64,000 nucleotides of DNA, from NCBI GenBank assembly GCA_963806185.1, contig CAWDXE010000004.1, positions 256,001-320,000 of the forward strand. Direction: 5' to 3'. Within the stretch, counting starts at the first letter, position 1. Each line of letters starts with the position of its first letter. The translations under genes and the position numbers were made by a program. Below the pieces are notes generated by a model. That model was not told the origin of the DNA. It searched no databases and saw only the letters and a list, made by a program, of their open reading frames with translations. This DNA comes from an uncultured candidate division Zixibacteria bacterium (GTDB lineage: Bacteria; Zixibacteria; MSB-5A5; GN15; FEB-12). This document shows, one piece after another, positions 49,255-64,000 of the stretch.

Positions 49255-51233
49255 CGGCGACAAGACAGATGGCCTTACTTGACTCCATAAAGTGCCCTGC
49301 AGATCTCAAGCGATTGACCCCCGATCAGTTGATTGAATTGGTCGGTGAACTGCGCAGTGAGATTGTGACGGCAGTCGCCGATAATGGCGGACACCTTGCA
49401 TCGAATCTGGGAGCGGTCGAACTTACGGTCGCCCTCCATTTCGTGTTTGATGCTCCCAAAGACAAGATCATCTGGGACGTCAGCCACCAGACCTACAGCC
49501 ACAAGATTCTCACCGGTCGCCGCGACAAGATGACGACTCTTCGCCAATACAAAGGTTTGTCAGGATACGCCAAGCGCGAGGAATCAGCATACGATCACTT
49601 CGGCGCCGGGCACGCGTCAACATCGATCTCCGCCGCCCTGGGTTTTGCCTGTGCCCGTGATTTGCACAAGGACGATTACAGAGTGGTGGCCGTTATTGGC
49701 GACGGTGCCATGACCGGCGGGTTGGCGTTTGAAGGGATGAATAACGCCGGCTCGCTCAAGCAGAACATGCTCGTCATTCTCAACGACAATACCTGGTCAA
49801 TATCGCGAAATGTCGGTGCCATATCCAAATACCTGACGGGCATCATGGCTGACGAGAAATTCCAGAAGCTGCGCAACGAGGTCTGGGAACTGACCGGAAA
49901 ATTCAAGCGCCGTGACAAGATTCGCGAGACCATCCATGCACTGGAAAATTCGATCAAAGGATTTCTGGTCCCTGGTATGCTGTTCGAGCGGCTCGGATTT
50001 CGCTACTTTGGCCCCATCGACGGCCACGACCTGCCGTTATTGATCAAGACGCTCCGCGATATCAAGTCCATTCCCGGCCCCAAGCTTCTGCACGTGGCAA
50101 CAATCAAGGGCAAGGGGTACGAATTCTCTGAGTCCGACGCGTTTTCATACCACGGCGTGGGCAAGTTCGATAAAGTGACCGGCAAGGGGATGAAGCCGTC
50201 AGGCGGCTACCCGGCCTACACGAAGATTTTCGGCGAAACGATGATTGAGCTGGCGCAGAAGAATGAGCGCGTCATCGCCATCACCGCCGCCATGTCGCAG
50301 GGGACCGGTCTCGATGAATTTGCGCAGCGGTTCCCGGAACGGTTTTACGACGTCGGCATTGCTGAAGCCCATGCGGCTTGTTTCTCGGCTGCCATGGCCG
50401 CAGAAAAGGCCAAGCCCTACCTGACCGTCTACTCGACCTTCATGCAGCGTGCCTACGATCAGGTCATTCACGACATGGCCATTCAGAACCTGCCGGTTAC
50501 TATTTGTATGGACCGCGCCGGTTTGGTGGGCAACGATGGTCCGACTCATCACGGTGTGTTTGACATCGCCTACTTGTCGACTGTGCCAAATGTGACGCTC
50601 GCCGCGCCCAAAGACGGGGACGAACTGCGGTCCATGCTGCATCATACCGTCGACCACGACCTGGCCGGCCTCGTGGCCATTCGCTATCCGCGCGATAACA
50701 CTCCCACCCCGGTATCCGCTGAGATAGAACCGATCGCGTGGGGAACGTGGGAATGGATGACCGATCCCGACGAGGTCGTCGTGCTGGCGGTGGGAACGAT
50801 GGTCCTGAGTGCACTGGAGGCGACCCAGAAGTTGTCAGGGAAGAGTATTGATATCAGTGTGGTCAACGCCCGATTCATTAAACCGTTTGATATGGAAATG
50901 CTCACATCCATCGCGAAGTCTGCCCGCATTATCTTCACGGTCGAAGAGGCGCAATTGCGTGGCGGCTTCGGACAGGCTATTGCCGAGTACCTGCTGTCCA
51001 CGGGCTTCACGGGAAAGTTCAAGGCGCTGGGCATTCCGGACCGGTTTGTCACCCATGGTGATCGGGCTGACTTGCTGTGCGAGGTAGGCCTGGATGGACT
51101 CGGTGTGGCGGCAAGTATCGAGAGCTTTGTGACCGAGCAGTCGAAGACGACTGGCGGATTCCTCCATCGCCTCAACCTGCGGCGGAACGGCGCCGGCATC
51201 CGCCGAAAAGATTTCCTCAGAAACGTCGGATAA
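49251..51233 (+). CDS. dxs: 1-deoxy-D-xylulose-5-phosphate synthase
   Basis: GGHLASNLG, GHASTSISA, GDGAMTGG, DVGIAE, YSTFMQRAYDQ, DRAGLVG.DGPTH. Confidence 0.97.
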   Translation: MTATRQMALLDSIKCPADLKRLTPDQLIELVGELRSEIVTAVADNGGHLASNLGAVELTVALHFVFDAPKDKIIWDVSHQTYSHKILTGRRDKMTTLRQYKGLSGYAKREESAYDHFGAGHASTSISAALGFACARDLHKDDYRVVAVIGDGAMTGGLAFEGMNNAGSLKQNMLVILNDNTWSISRNVGAISKYLTGIMADEKFQKLRNEVWELTGKFKRRDKIRETIHALENSIKGFLVPGMLFERLGFRYFGPIDGHDLPLLIKTLRDIKSIPGPKLLHVATIKGKGYEFSESDAFSYHGVGKFDKVTGKGMKPSGGYPAYTKIFGETMIELAQKNERVIAITAAMSQGTGLDEFAQRFPERFYDVGIAEAHAACFSAAMAAEKAKPYLTVYSTFMQRAYDQVIHDMAIQNLPVTICMDRAGLVGNDGPTHHGVFDIAYLSTVPNVTLAAPKDGDELRSMLHHTVDHDLAGLVAIRYPRDNTPTPVSAEIEPIAWGTWEWMTDPDEVVVLAVGTMVLSALEATQKLSGKSIDISVVNARFIKPFDMEMLTSIAKSARIIFTVEEAQLRGGFGQAIAEYLLSTGFTGKFKALGIPDRFVTHGDRADLLCEVGLDGLGVAASIESFVTEQSKTTGGFLHRLNLRRNGAGIRRKDFLRNVG

Positions 51234-51249
51234 CAGCCGGCTGCCGGAT

Positions 51250-52470
51250 TCACTGCCACGGCGGTGTCGTGTTTGATTTCAAGTAACTCAACCACGCCGA
51301 TTGACCATTCTGCTCTACGTACGCTTTCACCTTTCGATAGCCGACGCCGTAGTACGGGTCGGGATCGTCTTCCATCTTGTCGGTGAGGTATTTGGCTTCG
51401 ATGTTCGACATCTCGCGCAGCACCAGGTACGTGGCGTAGTTGCAGCTCCCTTCGCATAGCGCCTTGTCGTTATGCAGCGGTGCGTTGAGGAATTGCCATA
51501 CGTGCATCAGTTCATGCGTAACCGCGCTGAGCATTTGCAGGCGCGGCATGCCGTACAGCAGGTAAATATTCATCTTTCGGTTCTTGACCAGCCCGAAAAG
51601 AGCTGTGGATTCCCGGTAATCGGTAAAACCTTTGACGGTCTTTTCATCGGACCTTGTGATGCTGGCCAATTCGGCCTGATCCACCAGGATTACGCGAACC
51701 GAGGAGGGGTCCACATCGATGCCCAGGAAGCGGAGTTTCACCGCCGCCACTATCAGCAGCGATTCAGCCGCTTCCGATTCAGTTATGGCGCCGGGGGCAC
51801 ATATGCCGCAGAGAATCCGACCGTCCTTCCACGTGCGGCTGCCGACGTTCAACTCCGGCGTGATCAGTCGCTGGCAGAAATCGCACTCCTTGGCTTTCCC
51901 CTTGTGGGCGTCGTGGTAGCTGTTCCCCCAGTAATCCTTGAGGTAGTGGCCTTCGATGAACCCGCCGCAATATGCGCACTTCACCGCCACGTCGGTCTGA
52001 TAACATGATTCGTGATACTTCTGCCCCTCATAAATGACGAATGGCCCGTCGAGTACTTTGCCGCATACGCCGCAGCGGGACGCAATGTGCTCGGTGTAGC
52101 ATGAATCGTGATATTGCTTTCCTTCGTACTTCGTGAAGGTGCCGTTCAATTTCCCGCCGCAGAAATCGCAACGCAGGGAGTAAAGCTCCTCGTAGCAGGT
52201 GCGGTCGTATATCTTGCCGTCTTTGGTGAAGTACTCCTGTCGGCCGATCGCTTTCCGGCAGTGGGCGCACGAAAAGTGCTCCGGGTGGTACGTTTTGCCT
52301 TCGGCGGTCACCCAATTACCAGTGGTAATCGGTTTGCCGCACCCGGCGCAGACAAGTTTCTGTGCCGTGGCTGAGATACCGATGCCCAGGAGCAGGAGGG
52401 CGACAAGAATGGTCAGGTTGATTGCCCGGCAAGCGGCCGCATGATGAGAGCGCGAGAAACGAGTATCCAT
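51250..52470 (-). CDS. Secreted LIM-domain / DA1-like zinc metallopeptidase
   Basis: Signal peptide (ATA-Q); LIM C41-C92 with HPEHF; repeated CxxC..HxxC fingers; DGRILC, LYGMPR, HELMH, CEG, YGVGYR as in plant DA1. Confidence 0.85.
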   Translation of the reverse strand: MDTRFSRSHHAAACRAINLTILVALLLLGIGISATAQKLVCAGCGKPITTGNWVTAEGKTYHPEHFSCAHCRKAIGRQEYFTKDGKIYDRTCYEELYSLRCDFCGGKLNGTFTKYEGKQYHDSCYTEHIASRCGVCGKVLDGPFVIYEGQKYHESCYQTDVAVKCAYCGGFIEGHYLKDYWGNSYHDAHKGKAKECDFCQRLITPELNVGSRTWKDGRILCGICAPGAITESEAAESLLIVAAVKLRFLGIDVDPSSVRVILVDQAELASITRSDEKTVKGFTDYRESTALFGLVKNRKMNIYLLYGMPRLQMLSAVTHELMHVWQFLNAPLHNDKALCEGSCNYATYLVLREMSNIEAKYLTDKMEDDPDPYYGVGYRKVKAYVEQNGQSAWLSYLKSNTTPPWQ

Positions 52471-52595
52471 GTTCCTACCGTATACTGCCGAATCGTTACG
52501 TCGTTCCAGAACCGAGAAATCAGCATACGCTGTTTAATGGTAACTTGCCAACCGGATTTGCATTCCCTACTTTCGCCTTGGGAGATCACCTAGCT

Positions 52596-53459
52596 ATGAA
52601 ATTCGGATTGGTAGTAAACCTGCAGCGACCCGGCGCCTTGAACGCCATTCAGTCCTGTCTCCACTGGGGGAAGAAGCACGGTCATGCCATGATCCTCTGC
52701 GACGAGGTCCGGCCGGTAATTGGCACCTCGGGCAAGTACCTTTCGCGCGACAAAATTGCCGCCAAAGTCGACGTCATGATCTCCATGGGCGGTGACGGGA
52801 CAATGCTGGCTACGGCGCGAGCGGTCGGTTCTACTGGCACACCCATTCTCGGGATCAATCTGGGCTCGCTTGGCTTCCTGACCCAGCAGACTCCGGTCGA
52901 ACTGGAGTCGGCGTTGGAGACTATCGTGGCCGGCCGACACACCCTTCAGGAACGTATGCTTCTTCGTGCCCAGGTGGGGAAAGATAAGTCGCGATTGAAG
53001 ACGCCGTATGCGCTGAATGACGTCGTCATCAATAACGGAGATATCAGCCGGGTGCTCGATATCACCATGTCGGTCAATGGGGAGGACGTCGTCACCTATG
53101 TCGCCGACGGACTCGTTATTGCCACCCCCACCGGATCAACGGCCTACAATCTGGCGGTCGGGGGACCCATCCTGCACCCGAGCATCGAAGCCATCATTGC
53201 GTCGCCGATTGCTCCCTTCTCGCTCACGACCCGGCCGATGATCCTCTCAGCCAATGATCTGCTGGAGGTTATTATACAGTCCAAGGGGCGCGAAGCAAAC
53301 CTCACCCTTGACGGACAAATCATGGTGCCCGTGCAGAACGGGGAGAAGGTCTCGGTCCGCCGTGCTGAATTTCGGACGCGCTTTGTCGAGCTGCCCGACG
53401 GCACTTTCTTCAAGGTGCTGCGAAACAAACTGAATTGGGGACTTCGTCCCGGCTCTTGA
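52596..53459 (+). CDS. nadK: NAD+ kinase
   Basis: GGDGTML, GINLGSLGFL, LND, DGLVIATPTGSTAYNLAVGGP. Confidence 0.96.
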   Translation: MKFGLVVNLQRPGALNAIQSCLHWGKKHGHAMILCDEVRPVIGTSGKYLSRDKIAAKVDVMISMGGDGTMLATARAVGSTGTPILGINLGSLGFLTQQTPVELESALETIVAGRHTLQERMLLRAQVGKDKSRLKTPYALNDVVINNGDISRVLDITMSVNGEDVVTYVADGLVIATPTGSTAYNLAVGGPILHPSIEAIIASPIAPFSLTTRPMILSANDLLEVIIQSKGREANLTLDGQIMVPVQNGEKVSVRRAEFRTRFVELPDGTFFKVLRNKLNWGLRPGS

Positions 53460-53513
53460 TTGCCGAAAAAGAACTTGCCCCACTGGAACGGATAAAATAG
53501 TATGTCACCGCGC

Positions 53514-53586
53514 GCGGGAGTAACTCAGTTGGTAGAGTCACAGCCTTCCAAGCTGTTGGTCGCGGGTTCGAGTCCCGTCTCCCGCT
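53514..53586 (+). tRNA. tRNA-Gly(TCC)
   Basis: Acceptor GCGGGAG/CTCCCGC, anticodon arm ACAGC-CTTCCAA-GCTGT, GGTTCGAGTCC; CCA not encoded. Confidence 0.96.
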
Positions 53587-53612
53587 TTTCATTTTCACGG
53601 ATCGTATAGAAC

Positions 53613-54191
53613 ATGCACTACCGTCTGTTCGTCGCTTTCATCCTCACCGCCCTTCTCTGCTCGATCGGGTGTATTCAGCGCAAAACGGAGAAGATCACCA
53701 AGAAGGACTCGCCGGTCACGGCGGAACTGACGTCTGCGTTGAATGACCTGACCAGTTATATACATGACCGTCCTACTGATACCAGTCAGATCAACGCCTA
53801 TGCTCGACAGCTTCGCCTGCGCGTCTACAAGTTTTTGGCTCAGGCGCTGATTGTTGAGCCTGCCGATCTCTACCGTGCGGCCTACTTGATTCAGGCCGGT
53901 GATCTTACTCCTGATGCCGACCGTTTTCTGCTGGCCCGGCAGTTGGCGATCGAATGCGCCGAGCATGGTCATCAGAACGGGAAGCTCTTGGCGGCAATCT
54001 GCTTGGATCGATACTTGGTGGCGGCGGGGCAGCCTCAGAAATACGGCACACAATACACCCTCAGCGCCACCGGCTGGCCACTCATCTGCCCCTATGACAC
54101 GTTAACCACTGATTCCGAACGAGTTGCGTGGAATGTACCACCACTCGATTCACTGAAAGCCAATCCGTTGCTCCTGTCTAATCGCCTATAA
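53613..54191 (+). CDS. Hypothetical lipoprotein (DRYL...GxPQKYGTQY, DUF6624-like motif)
   Basis: Lipobox SIGC; helical domain; C-terminal GQPQKYGTQY motif. Confidence 0.7.
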   Translation: MHYRLFVAFILTALLCSIGCIQRKTEKITKKDSPVTAELTSALNDLTSYIHDRPTDTSQINAYARQLRLRVYKFLAQALIVEPADLYRAAYLIQAGDLTPDADRFLLARQLAIECAEHGHQNGKLLAAICLDRYLVAAGQPQKYGTQYTLSATGWPLICPYDTLTTDSERVAWNVPPLDSLKANPLLLSNRL

Positions 54192-54324
54192 CTGGGGAGC
54201 TTAGGCGGAATGACGCGTTGAAGGGATCATTTCCTGCCCCCTACAATTAATAACCTGTCTCCTTGCCTCGAATGGCGCTCGGGGCGGCTCGCCGCAGATT
54301 GGGGAAAATCCTGTAAGATTCGAC

Positions 54325-54352
54325 TTGACAGTGATTTGGTCGCCGATATATT
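54325..54352 (+). promoter_or_regulatory. Putative promoter of tRNA-Thr-tuf operon
   Basis: TTGACA, 16 nt, TATATT. Confidence 0.6.
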
Positions 54353-54420
54353 TAGGGCTCGCCTAACGGGCGTGGTATGTCTTTTTTTGTCGGTGACTTA
54401 CGCCGCAAGAAATTTAGACT

Positions 54421-54493
54421 GCCCAGATAGCTCAGTTGGTAGAGCACATCCTTGGTAAGGATGAGGTCACCAGTTCGATCCTGGTTCTGGGCT
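54421..54493 (+). tRNA. tRNA-Thr(GGT)
   Basis: GCCCAGA/TCTGGGC acceptor; anticodon loop TTGGTAA; directly upstream of tuf. Confidence 0.96.
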
Positions 54494-54522
54494 TATGATT
54501 TTTTAGAGGAGTCGAGGTCGCG

Positions 54523-55734
<1,212 letters not shown>

Positions 55735-55758
55735 ACGTTTTTGGCTTGATGGTGGATA

Positions 55759-55912
55759 ATGCCCAGAGATAGAATTACACTGGCCTGCGGTGAATGTAAG
55801 CGCCGCAATTACGATACGATGAAGAACAAACGTCTGCATCCGGACCGGGTGGAGTACACGCAAGTATTGTCCGTTCTGCAACAAGCATACGATGCACAAG
55901 GAGACCCGGTAA
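55759..55912 (+). CDS. rpmG: 50S ribosomal protein L33, zinc-ribbon type (one apparent insertion)
   Basis: [18 protein letters not shown]...[16 protein letters not shown]; not in the ORF track. Confidence 0.92.
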
Positions 55913-55921
55913 GCCAACTAT

Positions 55922-55997
55922 AGGCCAGTAGCTCCAATGGTAGAGCGCCGGTCTCCAAAACCGGATGTTGGGGGTTCGAGTCCCTCCTGGCCTGCCA
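55922..55997 (+). tRNA. tRNA-Trp(CCA)
   Basis: AGGCCAG/CTGGCCT acceptor, loop CTCCAAA, encoded CCA; canonical position before secE. Confidence 0.96.
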
Positions 55998-56014
55998 AAT
56001 GATAAAGGTGCCCG

Positions 56015-56219
56015 GTGCAGGAAAAGATAAAGAAGTACTTGAAAGAGACGATCGCCGAGCTTCGCAAGATGACCTGGCCGACGCAGGGACGAGCTGATCG
56101 GTTCGACATCGTCACGATCGTCGTGTCACTTGATTGTGGCGGTCTTTATCGGGATCGTCGATCGCATCCTCGTCTGCGGCGTGTCACGATCATCTTTGGC
56201 GGCGGGTCAGGGGGGATAA
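56015..56219 (+). CDS. secE: Preprotein translocase SecE (indels)
   Basis: ELRKMTWPT, then TM segment TIVVSLIVAVFIGIVD across frames; synteny; end approximate. Confidence 0.85.
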
Positions 56220-56222
56220 GCA

Positions 56223-56797
56223 GTGACGCTTGCGCTGGTACGTCGCACACACCTATTCGGGTCACGAACAGAAGGCCAAGACGGTATCTGGAGTCGGCTA
56301 TTGTCAATGCCGGGCTGCAGGAGAAGTTCGGTCAGATTCTGATTCCGACCGAACAGGTGACGGAGATGAAGCAGGGGAAGCGGGCGACTTCGACCAAGAA
56401 GTTCCTGCCCAGCTACATCCTTATCGAGATGGACCTCGACAAGGAGACGCAGAACCTGGTCGTCAACACGCCGGGAATCACCAATTTCGTCGGCGCCGGC
56501 GGCAAGCCGCAGCCGCTGCGCGAGGAAGAAGTCGAGCGCATTGTCGGGCAGATCGACCGCAGCCGCACCGAAGAAGTCTCCGAAATTCCGTTCCAGGCCG
56601 GCGATCCGGTGAAGGTGAACGACGGTCCGTTTATGGATTTCTCCGGCACCGTCAGCGAAGTGAATATGGAACGTCGAAAGGTCAAAGTGATGGTTTCGAT
56701 CTTCGGTCGTCCGACGCCGGTCGAGCTTGATTTCCTCCAGGTGGAGCTGGTCAAAGCCGAAGAGCTAAGTGAAGTATTACATTTGATTGGAGAATAG
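56223..56797 (+). CDS. nusG: Transcription termination/antitermination factor NusG (indels)
   Basis: [46 protein letters not shown]. Confidence 0.93.
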
Positions 56798-56803
56798 AGC
56801 AAC

Positions 56804-57233
56804 GTGGCAAAGAAAGATCACAGCATTACGTCAAGCTTCAGATTCCCGCCGGTCAGGCCAATCCGGCTCCGCCGGTCGGTCCGGCGCTCGGTCAGCGCGG
56901 CGTGAATATCATGGAGTTCTGCAAGGCGTTTAACGCCCGCACGCAGGGCGGCAGCGGCATGTCTGACTCCGGTGATCATCACCGTGTACACCGACAAGTC
57001 GTTTACGTTTATCACCAAGACGCCGCCGGCGTCGACGCTGCTCAAGAAGGCGGCCAAGATCCAAAGCGGCTCGAAGGTCCCGAACAAGGACAAGGTCGGA
57101 CGGGTGACCAACGATCAGGTGCAAGGAGATCGCAGCAACTAAAGATGGATGATCTGAATGCAGCGTCGCTCGAGGCGGCGATGTCGATGGTCGAGGGAAC
57201 CGCCCGCTCGATGGGTATCGAAGTCATAGATAA
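56804..57233 (+). CDS. rplK: 50S ribosomal protein L11 (indels)
   Basis: [35 protein letters not shown]...GTARSMGI. Confidence 0.92.
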
Positions 57234-57258
57234 CGGCCTACAGCGCTATTCGTTAGCA

Positions 57259-57285
57259 CCTGGACGGCATGTCGCCGCGACCAGG
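57259..57285 (+). promoter_or_regulatory. Candidate L1-binding autoregulatory hairpin upstream of rplA
   Basis: CCTGG-A-CGGC-ATGTC-GCCG-CGA-CCAGG stem with asymmetric internal loop next to the rplA RBS. Confidence 0.4.
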
Positions 57286-57299
57286 GAGAATAGGAGTGT

Positions 57300-58011
57300 A
57301 TGAAACATTCGAAGAAGTATCAGGCTTTTCGCGAGAAGGTCGACCGGCGCAAACGGTACCCGCTGCACGGAGGCGGTGAAGCTCCTCAAAGAAAACCACT
57401 ACGCCAAGTTCGACGAATCGGTCGAAGTGGCCGTGCGTCTCGGGGTGAACCCAAGCACGCCGACCAGATGGTTCGTGGAACGGTGGCGCTGCCGCACGGC
57501 ACCGGTAAGTCGGTCCGGGTGGCGGTCTTTGCGCCAGGGTGACAAGGCGCCAGGAGGCCCGCGATGCCGGCGCCGATTTTGTCGGGGCCGAAGATCTGGC
57601 CGAAAAAGTCAAAGGGGGCTGGACCGATTTCGATGTGGCGGTCGCCACCCCGGACATGATGCGCGTGCTCGGGCAGTTGGGTAAGATTCTCGGCCCGCGC
57701 GGTCTTATGCCGAATCCGAAGACCGGCACGGTGACGATGGACGTCTCCACAAACGGTCAAGGAACTGAAGGGCGGCCGAATCGAATTCCGCATCGACAAG
57801 CAGGCCAATATCGCCGTGTCGGTCGGCAAGATTGTCGTTCGGAGAAGCAGCAGATAGTCGAAAATGTCAATGCATTCATCGACGCCATCATGCGCGCCAA
57901 GCCGGCGACGGCCAAGGGGCCGTATCTGCTCGTCGGCGTCGATCTGTTCGACGATGAGCCCGGGCATCAAGCTCGATCACGACGAGCTGATCGCTGAGCT
58001 CGAAGAAGTAA
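57300..58011 (+). CDS. rplA: 50S ribosomal protein L1 (indels)
   Basis: [51 protein letters not shown]. Confidence 0.93.
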
Positions 58012-58030
58012 GCCAGGGAGGAGAGAGTAC

Positions 58031-58570
58031 ATGCCGAAACCGGAAAAAGTAGAAGCCGTCGCCGAGATGAAGGAGCTCTTCGAGCAGGCCGAGTCCTTCT
58101 TCGTCACCGACTATCAGGGTCTGAATGTCGCCGACATCACCGTGCTGCGCACGCAATCTGCGCAAGAGGAATGTCCGCTACATGGTCGCCAAAAACACGC
58201 TGCTCAGACCGAGCGGCCAACGAAGCCGGCACGACCGGGCCTCGAGAAGTACTTCAAGGGTCCGACTGCGGTCGCGTTTGCGCTCAACGATCCGCCGGTC
58301 GCCGCCAAAATCCTGAACGATTCGTTCAAGGAAAAGCAGCTTCCTCGGATCAAAGCGTTCGTCGTCAGACGAGCAGATCCATGGTCCGGACGCCATCGGT
58401 CGGCTGGCCGATCTGCCGTCGCGCGAAGTGCTCCTGTCGATGTCGTCGGCAGCTGTCGAGGCTCCGCTCCAGCAGCTGTGTCAGCACGCGTCGACGGCTT
58501 CTTCAGCCGAGCTGGTCGGACCGTCGATGCCCTGGCGGAGAAGCGAAAGGGAGCGGCCAGTGAGGAATAA
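58031..58570 (+). CDS. rplJ: 50S ribosomal protein L10 (indels)
   Basis: DYQGLNVADIT.LR, VAKNTLL, FKGPTAVAF. Confidence 0.9.
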   Translation: MPKPEKVEAVAEMKELFEQAESFFVTDYQGLNVADITVLRTQSAQEECPLHGRQKHAAQTERPTKPARPGLEKYFKGPTAVAFALNDPPVAAKILNDSFKEKQLPRIKAFVVRRADPWSGRHRSAGRSAVARSAPVDVVGSCRGSAPAAVSARVDGFFSRAGRTVDALAEKRKGAASEE

Positions 58571-58698
58571 GAGAGACGATGATAGCGGCTCTCCCGGCCC
58601 ATGCTTCTAAACGGTTCGTCTCACCGTTTGGGCTGGAAGCCGCCCCGATAGAAACGACGAAAGTGTAAGCTGAACAATATAGTAGAGAGGTTAGTACC

Positions 58699-59086
58699 GT
58701 GTCTAACGTAGCAATTAACGAAATTGTTGACAAGATCGCCGGGTTGAGCGCGATGGATCTGGCCGACTTGTCCAAGGCCATCCAGGACAAGTTTGGCGTG
58801 ACGGCCGCCGCTCCGATGGCGATGATGCCGGGATGATGCCCGGTGGCGGTGCCGCCGCCGCCCCGGCCGAAGAGCAGACCGAATTTGCCGTCATGCTGAC
58901 CGGCTGCCGGCGACAAGAAGATCCAGGTGATCAAGGTCGTGCGCGAGCTGACCAGCCTCGGTCTGAAGGAAGCCAAGGACCTGGTTGAAGCGCCCCGGCC
59001 AAGGTGAAAGAAGGCATCTCCAAGGAAGAGGCCGACGCCGCCAAGGCGAAGCTTGAAGAAGTCGGCGCACCGTCGAAATCAAGTAA
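58699..59086 (+). CDS. rplL: 50S ribosomal protein L7/L12 (indels)
   Basis: GTG start; [39 protein letters not shown]-stop; not in the ORF track. Confidence 0.92.
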
Positions 59087-59102
59087 GTTCCGACTTCGCT
59101 GC

Positions 59103-59132
59103 CCGGCCGGGAACCATTGGACTTCCCGGCCG
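59103..59132 (+). terminator. Hairpin after rplL
   Basis: CCGGCCGGGA...TCCCGGCCGG inverted repeat; weak U-tract. Confidence 0.5.
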
Positions 59133-59304
59133 GTTAAGCATGTCTAGTGCGAGGAGTGTCTTTCAATTCCCGTTGTCGTTCTTTGATATTGGTGTGATTG
59201 ACTGCACGAATCGGCTCCCCATCAGCGACGATGCTGGGGAGACAATGAAATAGATGACAGGATCACCAGACGTCATAAATTATCAATTGTGTGGCGGAGT
59301 CGCT

Positions 59305-59345
59305 CCCGCGGCAGAGTCGCTGTGCCGTGGGTGTTCTTTCTTTGT
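59305..59345 (+). terminator. Attenuator-like hairpin and U-tract just upstream of the rpoB RBS
   Basis: CCCGCGGCAGAG-TCG-CTGTGCCGTGGG followed by TGTTCTTTCTTTGT. Confidence 0.45.
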
Positions 59346-59359
59346 AGGAGGGTACTCCT

Positions 59360-63156
<3,797 letters not shown>

Positions 63157-63224
63157 GCGCGTAGTTTGGGAAGTAATCCGGCCGGAGTTCGCTCGCGGCC
63201 GGACAACGATAAAAGGAGTAAGCC

Positions 63225-64000
63225 GTGGCTGATGCATTCGCAAAAAATCCGGGAGCGCAGAAGAAACCGTCCGATTTCGCGGCCATTCAGATTCAGATCG
63301 CGTCGCCGGAAGTGATCCTGTCCTGGTCGTATGGCGAAGTGACCAAGCCGGAGACGATCAATTACCGGTCGTTCAAGCCGGAGCGTGATGGATTGTTCTG
63401 CGAGCGGATCTTCGGACCGGTCAAGGACTGGGAATGTAACTGCGGCAAGTACAAACGAATCCGGTTCCGGGGAATCGTCTGCGACCGCTGCGGTGTGGAA
63501 GTAACGCAGTCGAAGGTGCGGCGCGAGCGGATGGGCCATATCGAACTGGCCGTGCCGGTTTCGCACATCTGGTATTTCAAGTCGCTGCCGTCGCGTATCG
63601 GCCACATGCTCGATCTGTCCATTCGCGAGCTGGAAAAGATTCTCTATTACGAATCGTACATCATGATCGATCCGGGGAACTCCTCATACGAAAAGGGCGA
63701 CGTCATCTCCGAAGAGGAATTCAACGAACTCGAAGAGGCCGGCAAGCAGTTTTCGGCCAAGATGGGCGCCGACGCCGTGCGCATACTACTCAAGGAGATC
63801 GACATCGATGAGATGGTGGCCGACCTGCGCGCCAAGGTGAAGGTCGAGACCTCCGCCCAGCGCAAGAAGGACCTGCTCAAACGGCTGCGCATTTTCGAAT
63901 CGTTCCGCCAGTCGAATAATCGTCCGGACTGGATGATCATGAATATCATTCCGGTCATTCCGCCCGATCTTCGTCCGCTGGTGCCGCTCGAAGGCGGTCG
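63225..64000 (+). CDS. rpoC: RNA polymerase beta' subunit (5' part, runs off the window)
   Basis: GTG start; [31 protein letters not shown], zinc finger, [13 protein letters not shown] still in frame at the window end. Confidence 0.96.
   Translation, partial: MADAFAKNPGAQKKPSDFAAIQIQIASPEVILSWSYGEVTKPETINYRSFKPERDGLFCERIFGPVKDWECNCGKYKRIRFRGIVCDRCGVEVTQSKVRRERMGHIELAVPVSHIWYFKSLPSRIGHMLDLSIRELEKILYYESYIMIDPGNSSYEKGDVISEEEFNELEEAGKQFSAKMGADAVRILLKEIDIDEMVADLRAKVKVETSAQRKKDLLKRLRIFESFRQSNNRPDWMIMNIIPVIPPDLRPLVPLEGG

Overview
GC-rich chromosomal window from a diderm bacterium. Two secreted proteins carry Cys-flanked dockerin-like 'VDIGDLT' tails, which suggests candidate phylum Zixibacteria or a relative (inference). 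In order, the window holds: two paralogous envelope proteins, an NHL lipoprotein and a DGGGP-synthase-like UbiA; a MoxR/DUF58/BatA-E operon; a TetR-TolC-MFP-RND efflux operon running into bshC-bshA-bshB1 (bacillithiol); bioY, ilvE and rpiB. A ~6.6 kb accessory insert follows, with a dense mosaic of REP-like palindromes, a signal-less OmpA/peptidoglycan-binding/C39-like peptidase coupled to a lipoprotein, and a double-dockerin protein. Then come glyA-cutA-nrdR, a choice-of-anchor-B/cohesin/dockerin protein, uppS-cdsA-ubiA-nlpC-uvrC, a Tat-signal aldo/keto reductase and xseAB-ispA-dxs. Next is a secreted eukaryote-like LIM-domain/DA1 zinc metallopeptidase, then nadK, three tRNAs and tuf-rpmG-secE-nusG-rplKAJL-rpoBC. 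The many single-base indels in glyA and tuf..rpoB are most likely sequencing or consensus errors. No CRISPR array, integrase or transposase was seen. Best leads: the LIM-DA1 protease, the putative peptidoglycan-targeting effector/immunity pair, the REP mosaic and the cohesin-dockerin surface system.
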